From an uncultured Chloroflexia bacterium (GTDB lineage: Bacteria > Chloroflexota > Limnocylindria > Limnocylindrales > CSP1-4): a stretch of DNA of 64,000 nt. The notes under the pieces were generated by a model. It searched no databases and was not told where the DNA came from. It worked only from the letters and a program-made list of their open reading frames with translations. This document shows positions 1 to 10,431 of the stretch, one piece after another (the first letter of the stretch is position 1; every line of letters starts with the position of its first letter). The position numbers and the translations under genes were made by a program. The stretch lies in the NCBI GenBank assembly GCA_963763775.1, contig CAVXPZ010000001.1:1056001-1120000 (forward strand), read 5' to 3'.

Positions 1-64
1 CGAGGTCGATCGAACGGCCGGCGCCCGGCGCCAGGACGTACGCGGCGCTCGTTCGGTCCGGCAT
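1..64 (-). CDS. 5' end of a gene running off the window (MPDRTSAAYVLAPGAGRSIDL...), possibly a cupin-domain protein
   Basis: ATG at 64 on the minus strand preceded by GGAGGG RBS; N-terminus resembles the 'vlapgeGrsi' starts of cupin proteins; only 21 codons visible. Confidence 0.45.
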   Translation of the reverse strand, partial: MPDRTSAAYVLAPGAGRSIDL

Positions 65-316
65 CTCGTGCCCTCCATCGAGGCTCGTCTGCCCGCGGTC
101 CGTGGGTCGCGGCCTCGCCGAGCAGTCTCGCAGGACGGGCGAGCGTCAGCGGCGGGGTGGACGACGACCGGGCCACCCGCCCGCTCGGTGACATCAGCCT
201 GACGGATACCGAGTCAAATGGCGTAGGTGCCCATGGTCGTTCGTCTTGAAGTGCCCGATTGCCTCATGGAACGTGGCTCACGGCGAAACCGGGCACCGGT
301 CGCGGGCGTAGCCGAA

Positions 317-342
317 CACGTGGCGCGACCGTGCGCCACGTG
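317..342. promoter_or_regulatory. Perfect 10-bp inverted repeat CACGTGGCGC-N6-GCGCCACGTG; candidate operator or hairpin
   Basis: Read directly; 30 nt upstream of the DUF4242 gene. Confidence 0.4.
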
Positions 343-371
343 CCATCCAGGCAACGAGCAAGGAGCCTCAC

Positions 372-620
372 GTGCCCACATACATCGATATCCACGACCT
401 GCCCGGCGTCAAGGCCAGCGACGTCGTCGGCGCCCACGAGGCGGACGTCCGCGTCCAGGGTGCCTACGGGGTCGAGTACAAGCACTACTGGGTCGACGAG
501 GAGGCCGGAAAGGTCTTCTGCCTCGTCGACGCTCCCGATCGCGAGACAGCGGCGCGCGTCCACCGAGAGGCCCACGGCCTCGAGGCGCAGACCCTGCACC
601 TCGTCACGCAGGGCGCGTGA
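372..620 (+). CDS. DUF4242 / SCO4226-family small nickel-binding protein
   Basis: MPTYIDIH...AHEAD...YWVDEEAGKVFCLVDAPD...VHREAHG signature; AAGGAG RBS. Confidence 0.85.
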   Translation: MPTYIDIHDLPGVKASDVVGAHEADVRVQGAYGVEYKHYWVDEEAGKVFCLVDAPDRETAARVHREAHGLEAQTLHLVTQGA

Positions 621-694
621 CGTCGTCGGTCGGGTGGCGCGGTCCCGGTCGTCGTGGCCGGCACCCGCCGCCCGGCCGGCATCGAGCCCGCCGA

Positions 695-1147
695 TCAGCC
701 CTCGGTCGGGATCCGGTCGACGTACGGGGCGCGCCAGTCGGGTGCCTCGAACGGGGCGGCGTAGTACGAGACGATCCGGTAGATCCTCCCGTCCTTGAGG
801 CGCATCAGCTGGACGACGTGCCACTCGCTGCCGTCCGGGTAGATGACGTGCGCGACGGCGGTGTACTGGTCCCCCGAGCCCTCGACGCGCATCGGGATGA
901 ACGATGGCGACATGACCCACTGGTCCTCGGTGCCGATGAGGCGCTCGACCGCCGCCATCCGAGGCTCGCCGCCCGGGTAGTGCTCCAGGATGCCGCGCAG
1001 TCCCTCCGGACCGCGGATGCGCTCGCCCGATTGCGGGTACTCCTCGGTGAAGTCCTGGTGGAGCGTCGCCAGGACCCCGTCGATGTCGTGCGCCTCCATC
1101 GAGCGTGCGTATCGCTCGACGACATCGCGGGTGTTCAGGTCGGACAT
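695..1147 (-). CDS. SnoaL-like / NTF2-family protein
   Basis: 150 aa; 'LHQDFTEEYPQSGERIRG', 'LKDGRIYRIVSYYAAPF'. Confidence 0.85.
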   Translation of the reverse strand: MSDLNTRDVVERYARSMEAHDIDGVLATLHQDFTEEYPQSGERIRGPEGLRGILEHYPGGEPRMAAVERLIGTEDQWVMSPSFIPMRVEGSGDQYTAVAHVIYPDGSEWHVVQLMRLKDGRIYRIVSYYAAPFEAPDWRAPYVDRIPTEG

Positions 1148-1202
1148 GACAGCCTCCGATCGGGCGCTCGCGGCCCGGCGACGGCAGGGTACGCCTCCAG
1201 GG

Positions 1203-1865
1203 TCACGCCGAGTGCAGGGAGCTGTCGAGGGCGTGACGGATCCCGAGACGCTGACTGACGATCGCTTGCGCCGGGACCATCAGGATCCAGAAGAGTTCGG
1301 CGACGTAGGGCGCGATGAACGCGACCGGGATCGAGGCGGCGAAGACCACCGGCACCACCAGGGCTCGGTACGTGACCCGCCTCGCGACATCCGGGGTCAC
1401 CACCGGCGACACCAACCCGGCGCGGACCGGGTAGATCCAGAGCACGGTGGACGCGAGTCCGGTGACGACACCGAACGCGGCGTAGAACACGACGGCCACC
1501 ACCAGGTCGCCCTGACCGGCGAGGACCGATGTCGGGAACGGCAGCGCGGCGATGCAGAACAGGAACGCGAGGTTGATCGCGATCAGCCGTCCGTCCGTCT
1601 GGACGATGACCCGGAACGTGCGGTAGTGCCCGACCCAGAACGCGGCGATCACGACGAAGCTGATCACGAACGCGAAGATCTCCGGCCGGAGGTCGCCGAG
1701 CGCCCGCAACAGCGCGTCGTTCGTGAGGTGAGGCGGGAGTCCAGGCAGCCGCACGTCGATGGCCAGCAACGTGATCGCGATCGCGAAGACCGCGTCGGAG
1801 AAGAAGATGATCCGCTCGAGGCCGGGGACCGGCCGGCCTTCGGACGTCTCGTACGAGGGCGCCAC
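1203..1865 (-). CDS. TMEM175 (DUF1211) family potassium channel
   Basis: 'ERIIFFSDAVFAIAITLL' signature; about 6 hydrophobic helices. Confidence 0.9.
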   Translation of the reverse strand: MAPSYETSEGRPVPGLERIIFFSDAVFAIAITLLAIDVRLPGLPPHLTNDALLRALGDLRPEIFAFVISFVVIAAFWVGHYRTFRVIVQTDGRLIAINLAFLFCIAALPFPTSVLAGQGDLVVAVVFYAAFGVVTGLASTVLWIYPVRAGLVSPVVTPDVARRVTYRALVVPVVFAASIPVAFIAPYVAELFWILMVPAQAIVSQRLGIRHALDSSLHSA

Positions 1866-1960
1866 GACGACAGGCTAGCGGATGGCGAGGGTCTCGGCGA
1901 GGTCTGCATGGCCCCTCCGACGGACCACCGACGACCCATCCGCGGCGCTACGCTGTCGGG

Positions 1961-2638
1961 GTGACGACGAGCGTCGACCGACCCGCCATCCCGACCGGCC
2001 TGACCGAGGGCGGCGTGGTGGCCATCGCCCGCCGCCTGGCGGTCGAGTCGGCCCCGGCCGTTGCCCGGGCGCTCGCGGCCGGCGGGGTCCGCGCCTTCGA
2101 GATCACGCTGAACGAGCCCCGGGCCGTGGCGCTTCGGGCCATCGAGGCGGTCGCCGCGGACGTCGCGACGTCGGGCGGTCCGGACGCGGGCCTGGCCATC
2201 GGCGCCGGGACCGTGCTGTCCATCGCCGCGGCGCAGGAGGCGATCGATGCCGGCGCGACGTTCCTCGTGATGCCCCACACGGATCCCGAGCTCGTGGCGT
2301 GGGCGGCCGAACGGGCCATCCCGGCGTTCCCGGGCGCCGCCACGCCGACGGAAGTGCTTGCGGGCTGGCGGGCCGGCGCGGCCGCGGTGAAGGTCTTCCC
2401 CGCCTCGGCGGTCGGGCCGGCGTTCGTCCGCGAGGTCCACGGACCGTTCCCGGAGATCCCACTCGTCCCGACGGGCGGCGTGTCGGCGGAGAACGCGGGA
2501 GCGTTCATCGCGGCGGGCGCGATCGCCGTGGGCCTCGGCAGCTGGCTCGTCGGCGACGGCGGGCCGGCCGGCGTGACGGAACGGGCGAGACAGGTGGTCG
2601 GCGTCGTCCAGGTGGCCCGGTCGGGGGCCGGCCGGTGA
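1961..2638 (+). CDS. eda: KDPG/KHG (2-keto-3-deoxy-phosphogluconate/galactonate) aldolase
   Basis: 'FEITL', 'IGAGTV', 'TPTE', 'VKVFPA', 'PTGGV' motifs. Confidence 0.9.
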   Translation: MTTSVDRPAIPTGLTEGGVVAIARRLAVESAPAVARALAAGGVRAFEITLNEPRAVALRAIEAVAADVATSGGPDAGLAIGAGTVLSIAAAQEAIDAGATFLVMPHTDPELVAWAAERAIPAFPGAATPTEVLAGWRAGAAAVKVFPASAVGPAFVREVHGPFPEIPLVPTGGVSAENAGAFIAAGAIAVGLGSWLVGDGGPAGVTERARQVVGVVQVARSGAGR

Positions 2639-3612
2639 CCGCCACGGTCGTGACGCTCGGCGAGTGCCTCATCTCGCTCGTCGCGACAGAGCCCGGTCCC
2701 CTCGCGGAGGCGGCGACCTTCGAGCGGCACATCGCCGGGGCGGAGGCGAACGTCGCCGTCGGGCTGGCGCGGCTCGGCCAGGCCGTGGCGTATATCGGTC
2801 GCGTCGGGAGCGACGGGTTCGGGGTCGCGATCGTGCGCCGCCTTCGCGCCGAGGGCGTCGACGTGCGGCACCTGACGGTCGACACCGGCGCGGCCACCGG
2901 GCTGATGCTCCGCGAGCGCCGCGTCCTCGGCCCGGCCCAGGTCGTCTACGCGCGGACCGGCTCGGCGGGGTCGCGGCTCGCCGCGGAGGACGTGGACCGG
3001 GCCGCGGCCGACGGCCTGTTCCGGGAGGCCCGCTGGTTGCATCTGACCGGGATCTCGCCGGCGCTGTCGGGTTCGGCCCGTGACGCGGTCATGCGGGCGG
3101 TCGAGCTCGCGCGCGAGGCGGACCTGACGATCAGCCTCGACGTCAACCTCCGGCGGCGTCTGTGGTCCGACGAGGCGGCGGCCCCGATCGTCCGGTCCCT
3201 CGCGCAGCAGGCGGACGTCGTGCTCGGCAGCCCGGACGAGCTCGCCGTCGTGACCGGCGCGGACGCCGACGACCCCCCGGCCCTCGCCCGCGCCGTCCTG
3301 GCCCTCGGACCGACCTACGCGGTCGTCAAGCTCGGCGCCGACGGCGCGCTCGGCATCCGGAAGGGCCGTTCTCCGATCAGCGTCCCGGCGCTCCCGGTGC
3401 CGTCGGTCGTGGACCCGGTCGGGGCCGGCGACGCGTTCTCGGCCGGGTTCATCGCCGCTCGCCTCGCGGGCGCGGACCTTCTCCCGGCGCTCCGGACCGC
3501 GAACGCGTGCGGTGCGGCGGCCGTCGCCTCGATGGGCGACCTCACCGGGCTGCCCGACGCGGTCGAACTCGAGCGTCTGCTCGCCACGGGTGGCCCGGAC
3601 ACCCTGCGATGA
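2635..3612 (+). CDS. kdgK: PfkB-family sugar kinase (2-keto-3-deoxygluconate kinase-like)
   Basis: 'AGAEANVAVGLARLG', 'DVNLRRRLW', 'VDPVGAGDAF'; GTGA overlap with eda. Confidence 0.85.
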   Translation: MTATVVTLGECLISLVATEPGPLAEAATFERHIAGAEANVAVGLARLGQAVAYIGRVGSDGFGVAIVRRLRAEGVDVRHLTVDTGAATGLMLRERRVLGPAQVVYARTGSAGSRLAAEDVDRAAADGLFREARWLHLTGISPALSGSARDAVMRAVELAREADLTISLDVNLRRRLWSDEAAAPIVRSLAQQADVVLGSPDELAVVTGADADDPPALARAVLALGPTYAVVKLGADGALGIRKGRSPISVPALPVPSVVDPVGAGDAFSAGFIAARLAGADLLPALRTANACGAAAVASMGDLTGLPDAVELERLLATGGPDTLR

Positions 3613-4918
3613 CGACCACGGCGGAGGCCGAGGCCGAGGCGCTCGCGCTCGACGCCGCGGACCCGCTCAGCGCCTATCGCGAACGGTTCCTGCTTCCCGG
3701 ATGGCCCGGGTGGCCCGGCCGGCGCACCCGCGATCTATCTCGCCGGCCAGTCGCTGGGCCTCCAGCCAACGACCGTGCGTGCCGCGGTGGAGGCCCAGCT
3801 CGACCGCTGGGCCCATCTCGGCGTCGAGGGGCACTTCGCACCGGACGGTCCGTGGTTCACCTACGACGAGGGATTCCGCGCGCCGATGGCGCGGATCGTC
3901 GGCGCCGCGCCGTCCGAGGTCGCGATCCTGAACACCCTGACGGTCAACCTCCATCTGATGCTGGCCTCGTTCTTCCAGCCGTCCGGCGCCCGACGGCGCA
4001 TCCTGACCGACGCCCCGCTCTTCCCGTCGGACCGGCACGCCCTCGGCAGCCACCTGGCCTTCCGCGGCCTCGACCCGGAGGCGGACCTCATCGTGGTCGG
4101 CCCGCGGACCGGCGAGGACCTCGTCCGCCTGGAGGACCTCGAGGCGGCCATCGCCGAGCACGGGCCGACCATCGCGTTGGCGCTCTTCGACGGCGTCAAC
4201 TTCGCGACGGGCCAGGCCCTGCCGATCCGCCGCCTCACGGCCGCGGCCCACGAGGTCGGGGCCATGGTCGGTTGGGAGCTCGCGCACGCCGCGGGGAACC
4301 TGCCGCTCGCCCTCCACGACGACGACGTCGACTTCGCGGTTTGGTGCACCTACAAGTACCTCAACGGCGGCCCGGGCTCGGTGGGGTCGATCTTCGTCCA
4401 CGACCGGCACACTCGAGCGGACAGCACGCTGCCGCGGCTGACGGGCTGGTGGGGCGCGACGCCCGAACACCGCTTCGACCCGAGCGGACCGTTCGTCGCG
4501 GACACGGGTGCGGCCGCGTGGAAGATGTCGACGGCGCCGCTCTTCAACATGGTGCCGCTCGCGGCGTCGCTCGCGATCTTCGACGAGGTCGGGATGGCGG
4601 CGCTGCGCGACCGCTCGATCCGGCTGACCGGCTATCTCGCCGGGATCCTCGCGGGCCTCGGCGTCGAGATCCTGACCCCGGCCGGACCCGGGGTCACGCG
4701 GCGCGCAGCTGTCGCTGCGCTTCCCGGACGCCACCTCGGTGCTCGCGGCGCTCGAGGGCCGCGGCGTGATCGCCGACTTCCGCGCCCCGGACATCATCCG
4801 GCTGGCCCCGATCCCGCTCTACAACTCGTTCCACGAGCTGTGGCGACTCGGCGGGATCCTGCGGGACGTCGTCGGACCGGCGTCCGGCGCGGCCGGCTCG
4901 GCGGACGGTGCCGCCTAG
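3609..4918 (+). CDS. kynU: Kynureninase (frameshifted near 3710 and 4690)
   Basis: 'LDAADPL', 'IYLAGQSLGLQP', 'LTVNLHLM', 'WCTYKYLNGGPG', 'RGAQLSL', 'IRLAPIPLYNS' across three frames. Confidence 0.9.
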
Positions 4919-5145
4919 GCCGTCGGTGCCTGGATGACCTCGACCGCCGGCGTCGCCGGGATCCGCCAGCCCCGCTCGGGGACGATGACGCGGTCGGCGG
5001 TCTGGCCGGCGAGCCGGGCCCGGGCGGCGAAGTAGGCGGCCTTCCGGCGCGACACGATCCGCGCGTCCTTGCATGGGCATCCATCGACCAGGCACGGGCC
5101 TCGCGAGGTGGTTGCCTGGGTGCTGCTCTCGTCCTGGGCGTTCAT
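4915..5145 (-). CDS. Small hypothetical protein (76 aa) with C-x4-C-x-C motif
   Basis: AAGGAGCAGGAG RBS before ATG at 5145; MNAQ...CLVDGCPCKDARIVSRRKAAYFA. Confidence 0.6.
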   Translation of the reverse strand: MNAQDESSTQATTSRGPCLVDGCPCKDARIVSRRKAAYFAARARLAGQTADRVIVPERGWRIPATPAVEVIQAPTA

Positions 5146-5335
5146 CGGTCTGCTCCTGCTCCTTCGTCGACCGGCGCTCCTCGCGTTCGGTTCGATGAGA
5201 GCAGACTCGTCCTCACGGCCGCCGTCGCCATCGGGTGGTGACCGTGTCAGCGGCGTGTCAGCCGCCTCAATCATGACGACGGCCGGGGGCCGGCTACCTT
5301 ACGGCGACGGGACGCCGCATCCGGCACCGGCCGCC

Positions 5336-6221
5336 TTATCCGGCGAACGTGTCCGGCGGCAGGCCGCGGACGCCCGGCCGGGCCACGAACAGGCTGCCGG
5401 CGTGCGGCTGGGCCGCCCGGTCGGCGTCGGGCACCTCGGACCAGGCGGACGTGATGTAGAGGTCCTCCAGGTCGGCGCCACCGAACGTGCAGCTCGTCAC
5501 ATGGGCGGCCGGCACCTCGATGATCGCGTCGATGCGCCCGTCGAGCCCGAACCGCACGACCTTCCAGCCGCCCCACATCGCGACCCACAGGCCGCCTTCC
5601 CGGTCGATGGTCATCCCGTCGAGTGCACCCAGGCTCGCCGTCGGGCAGGGTGATGTGCGTCCGCCGATGGCTCAGACCCCCGGTCGCGAGGTCGTACGAG
5701 AACGCCTCGATCCGTCCCGTCGGCGTGTCGATGTAATAGAACGTGGTCCCGTCGGACGACCAGGTCAGCCCGTTCGAGATCGTGATGTCGTCCAGGAGCG
5801 CCTCCACCGTCCCGTCCGGGTCCAGCCGGTAGAAGCCGCCCGCGCCGCGGCGCTTGTCATAGGCCATCGACCCGGCGAGGAAGCGGCCCGCGGGATCGCA
5901 CTTGCCGTCGTTGAACCGCCGGTCCGGCAGGTCCGCCTCGACGGGCGCGACCCTCGTCCACCGCGAGCCGCCCGGCTCGGTCGTCCAGAAGCCGTCCGCG
6001 AGGGCGGCCACGAGACCCCCACCACGTCGAACGGCCACGGCCCCGACGTCGCTCGGCGTCGCGAGGGAGGACGCGCGGTCCTCGCCCGGCCGATGTCGCA
6101 GCACCTGCCGGCCCAGGATGTCGACGAACACCAACTCGCCGGCCACATCGTCCCAGATCGGACCTTCCCCGATCTCCCATCGCCCATCGACGACGAGGTC
6201 CGCAGTCATTCGAGTCGTCAT
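5336..6221 (-). CDS. SMP-30/gluconolactonase/LRE family protein (frameshift near 5625)
   Basis: 'IGEGPIWD', 'RFNDGKCDPAGRF', 'ISNGLTWS', 'DGMTIDREGGLWVA', 'TSCTFGG'. Confidence 0.9.
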
Positions 6222-6254
6222 GTCGTGATGGTGCCACGGCGGTACGCTCCCCTC

Positions 6255-7440
6255 ATGCCGCCGGCGACGCAATTCGAACCCGATGCGCTCATTGCCGCGC
6301 TCATCGCGGCCGAGCCCGCGGCCGAGTCGCGCCGGGCGGAGATCCGGGTCATCCGGGCGCCCGGCCGCGTCAACCTCATCGGAGAGCACACCGACTACAA
6401 CCTTGGGTACGTCCTGCCCGCCGCCATCGACCTCGAGATCCGGATCGCCTACGTGCCGACCGACGATGGGCGCGTCGAGCTCACCCGGCTCGACGATGGG
6501 TCGCGCGACGGGTTCGGTCTCGGGGATGGCCGGACGCGGGACGGGTCGTGGCTGGACTACGTGGCCGCCACGGCCTGGGCCCTGGCCGAGACCGGTGCCC
6601 CGCTCCGGGGCCTTCGTGGCGTCATCGGCGCCACGCTGCCTCCGAACGCCGGCCTCTCATCCTCGGCGGCGATGGAACTCGCCTCGGCCTGGGTGATGCT
6701 CGGCGACCTGGCCGCCGACGTGGACCCGATGACCCTTGCCCGCATCTGCCAGCGGGCGGAGAACACCTATGTCGGCGTCCGCAGTGGCCTGATGGACCAG
6801 TTCGCGGCGGCCTGCGGCGAGGCGGGTTCCGCCGTACTCCTCGATTGCCGCTCGCTCGACTGGCGGCCGGTGCCGATCCCGGACGACGTCCGGCTGGTCG
6901 TGCTCCACACCGGCTCGCCTCGCCACCTCGACGGGTCCGCGTACAACGAGCGGCGGGAGCAGTGCGAGGCGGCCGTCGCGGCGATCGCCCGAGACGACCC
7001 GAGCGTCGACGTCCCTTCGCGACGTGACGCCGTTCCATCTCGCCGCCGCCCGGTCGCGCATGGACCCGGTGGCGTACCGCCGGGCCGAGCACGTCGTCAC
7101 CGAGAACCAGCGCGTCGCCGAGGTCGTCACCGCGCTCGAGGACGGCGACCTCGCGACGGTCGGGGCCGCGTTCGCCGCCAGCCACGCCTCGCTGCGCGAC
7201 CGGTTCGAGGTGGTCTCGCCGGAGCTCGACGCGATGGTCGAGATCGCCACGTCCGTGCCCGGGGTGGTCGCCGCGCGGATGACCGGGGCCGGCTTCGGCG
7301 GCTGCACGGTCAACCTCGTCCGGCCGGAGGCGGTCGAGGTCCTGCGCCTCGCCGTCGAGCGGGACTACCCGGCCCGGACCGGTCTCACGCCGCGCGTCCT
7401 GCCGGTCCACGCCGTCGCCGGCGCCGGCCGGCTGCGCTGA
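6255..7440 (+). CDS. galK: Galactokinase (frameshift near 7012)
   Basis: 'APGRVNLIGEHTDYN', 'GLSSSAA', 'GLMDQ', 'RMTGAGFGGC'. Confidence 0.95.
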
Positions 7441-7592
7441 CCCGGGCGAGGCGGCGGCGGCCCGAGGGCCCGCCACATCCACGGTCGGTCACCCGTCCCT
7501 GAGACGGTGTCGGCCGCGAGAAGTGGCGACATGCGGCATCCTTGTCGCCGCCCCCACTCGATCGGAACGATCCCATCCGGAGTCCGTCCGCC

Positions 7593-10410
7593 TTGTCACA
7601 AGCCTCTCCCCCCGCCGCTCGCCGTGCGCGCCGGACCAGCCCCACCACCGCGGGCTGGCTCGGGCTGATCGTCCTGTTCTTCCTCGCGGGGATCGGGGCC
7701 ATCGGAGCGATCGCGGTCGTGGGCGCGTACGCGGCGATCGCCTCGAGCCGACCTCCCGGAACCCGCGACGCTGAACGATGTCGTCCTGCCCCAGGAATCG
7801 ATCATCTACGACCGGACCGGCAAGATCGAGCTGGCCCGGTTCGGCGACGCGAAGCGCGACGTCGTCACGTTCGACGAGATCCCGCCGATCGTCATCGACG
7901 CGACGACCGCGGTCGAGGACAAGACGTTCTGGGAGAACGCGGGCTTCGACCCCGTCGCGATCATCTCCGCCACGCTCGACTCGCTCCGCGGCAACAGCCG
8001 CGGCGCGTCCACGATCACCCAGCAGCTCGTCCGCGCACGCCTGCTGCCGTCCGACCTGGTGCAGGACCCGAATCGGACCGCCGAGCGGAAGATCAAGGAG
8101 ATCATCCAGTCGATCCGGGTCACGCAGTGGTTCAAGGGCGAGGACGGCAAGAAGGCGATCATCACCGCCTACCTCAACCAGAACTACTACGGCAACCAGA
8201 GCTACGGCGTGAAGGCGGCGTACGAGCAGTACTTCGGCAAGCCGTTCACGAAGGAGAACGTGACACCGGGCGAGGCCGCGCTCATCGCCGCGCTCCCGAA
8301 GTCGCCCTCGAACTACGACCTCGTCCGGAACTCCATCGAGCAGTGCACGGTCGTCGTCGCCGAAGGCGACGACTGCCCGGCCGGCAAGTCGCAGCTGATC
8401 GTCGACCCGAACTCGACGATCATCGCGCGACGGAACGACATCCTCGACCTGCTCGCCCAGGGCGACCGGACCCCGATCTCCGGCAGCGAATGGACCGCGC
8501 AGGACTTCCTCGCCGCGAAGGACGAGCCCGCCGTCCTCACGAGCCAGGCGAGCGCGCGCTGGATCGCGCCGCACTTCGTGTGGGCGGTCCGCGACCAGCT
8601 GACCCACGATCTGTGCGGCCCCGACGCCGATACGTGCACGCCACTCGAGCGCGGCGGCCTGCGCGTGACGACCACCCTCGACGTCCGGCTCCAGGCCATC
8701 GCCGAGAAGTGGGTCGCCGCCGCGGCGATCGTCCCGCACAAGAAGGACCCGGCGGCGGCCGCCAAGGCGCTCGGGTTCAAGAGCTACCAGGACTGGATGC
8801 GCAACCTCGAGAACAAGAACGTGCGCAACGGCGCGCTCGTGGCCGAGGACTACCAGACCGGCGAGATCGTGGCGTACGTCGGGTCCGGCAACTACTACGC
8901 GACCAACGGCAACAAGAAGTTCCAGCCGCAGTACGACGTCGTCGGTCACGGCTTCCGTCAGCCGGGCTCGGCGTTCAAGCCGTTCAACTACGCGGTCGCC
9001 ATCGACGACCAGAAGCTCACGGCCGGGTCGATGCTGATGGACAGCGCGACGGACTTCGGCGGCAAGTACAGCCCCAGCGACGCGGACAACCTCGAGCGCG
9101 GCCCGGTCCGCGTCCGCAACGCCCTCCAGTTCTCGCTGAACATCCCCTCGGTCAAGACCACGGCCCTCAACGGCGTCGACCACGTCTTCCAGAAGGCCAA
9201 GGACTTCGGGATGCAGTTCCAGTCCGACACGTCGAAGGCGGGCTTCGCGCTCGGCCTCGGCGTCCAGGAAGTGCGCCCGGTGGACCTGATCGCCGCGTAC
9301 AGCACGCTCGCCAACAGTGGCAAGAACATCGGCCAGACCACGATCCTCACGGTCCAGGACGATCAGGGCAAGGATGTCCTCCCGCCGTACACCCCCGCGA
9401 AGGGCACCGCCGCGGTCAGCCCCCAGGCGGCCTGGATCGTCACGGACATCCTCGCCGGCAACACCAACCCGAACGTGAACCCGTTCTGGGGCAAGTTCGC
9501 CATCGAGGGTCCGAACGCGCGTCGTCCCGCCACGCTCAAGACCGGGACGAACAACGACGCCAAGGACCTCAACGCGTACGGGTACATCGCCCCGCCGACG
9601 GATGCCGGACGCGCGGACGGCGCGTATGCGCTCGCCGTCGGCGTCTGGAACGGCAACAGCGATAACACCCCGGTCTCGACGCCGGCCAGGCCCGTGTTCT
9701 CGATCGACGTGGCCACGTTCGTCTGGCAGGGCTTCCTCCAGGAGGCGAGCCGGAAGTGGCCCGTGACGACCTTCAAGCGGCCCGGCGGCCTCGAGCGCGC
9801 GGCGATCGATCCCTTCACCGGGCTGCGCGCGACGAGCGGCGGCAAGGCCATCAACGAGTGGTACATCGCGGGGACCGCGCCGCGCGACAGCGTCCCGGCG
9901 GACACCTGTGGCATCGATGTGGTCCGGATCGTGAACGTCGAGACCGGCCATGACACGTGGATGAAGGCCAACGAGAACTGGATCGGCCGAGCCGAGAAGG
10001 GCCCAGGCACGCGCGGCGGAACCAACGGGACACGCACGTCGTACTTCTACAACGGGGTCTTCAAGCCGTACGGCTCATCGTGGGGTGCCCTGGTCGTCGG
10101 CCACGGCTGCGGCCAACCGACGCCGTCGCCATCGTGCATCCCGCTGCCGACCCCGGACGCGAGCGGCGTGATCCCCTCGATCGAGCCGACGCCGACGCCG
10201 TCGGGCTCGTTCGCCGCGGCCGTCCCCTGCCCCACCCCATCGCCGTCCGAGGTCCCGTCCGACACGCCGCCGCCGTCGGAGACACCTCCGCCGGAACCGA
10301 CGCCGACGCCGACGCCCACGCCCGAGCCCACGCCGACACCCACGCCGACCCCGACGCCCACGCCCACGCCGACCCCCACGCCGACCCCGACGCCCACGCC
10401 CACGCCGTAA
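7593..10410 (+). CDS. Class A penicillin-binding protein (transglycosylase/transpeptidase) with Pro/Thr tail; frameshift near 7755, start uncertain
   Basis: N-terminal TM helix; GT51 motifs 'EDKTFWEN', 'GASTITQQL', 'RKIKE'; transpeptidase SxxK 'GSAFK', 'SLN', 'KTGT'. Confidence 0.92.
10290..10407 (+). repeat. Degenerate 6-bp coding tandem repeat (CCNACN) encoding the (PT)n tail of the PBP
   Basis: [18 protein letters not shown]... running to the stop codon. Confidence 0.9.
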
Positions 10411-10431
10411 CGCTGGTCTAGCATCCGCGCC

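Noticed and set aside
10290-10407. Tandem repeat as a CRISPR array
   Set aside because: 6-bp degenerate period, in frame, encodes (PT)n; no spacers or cas genes.
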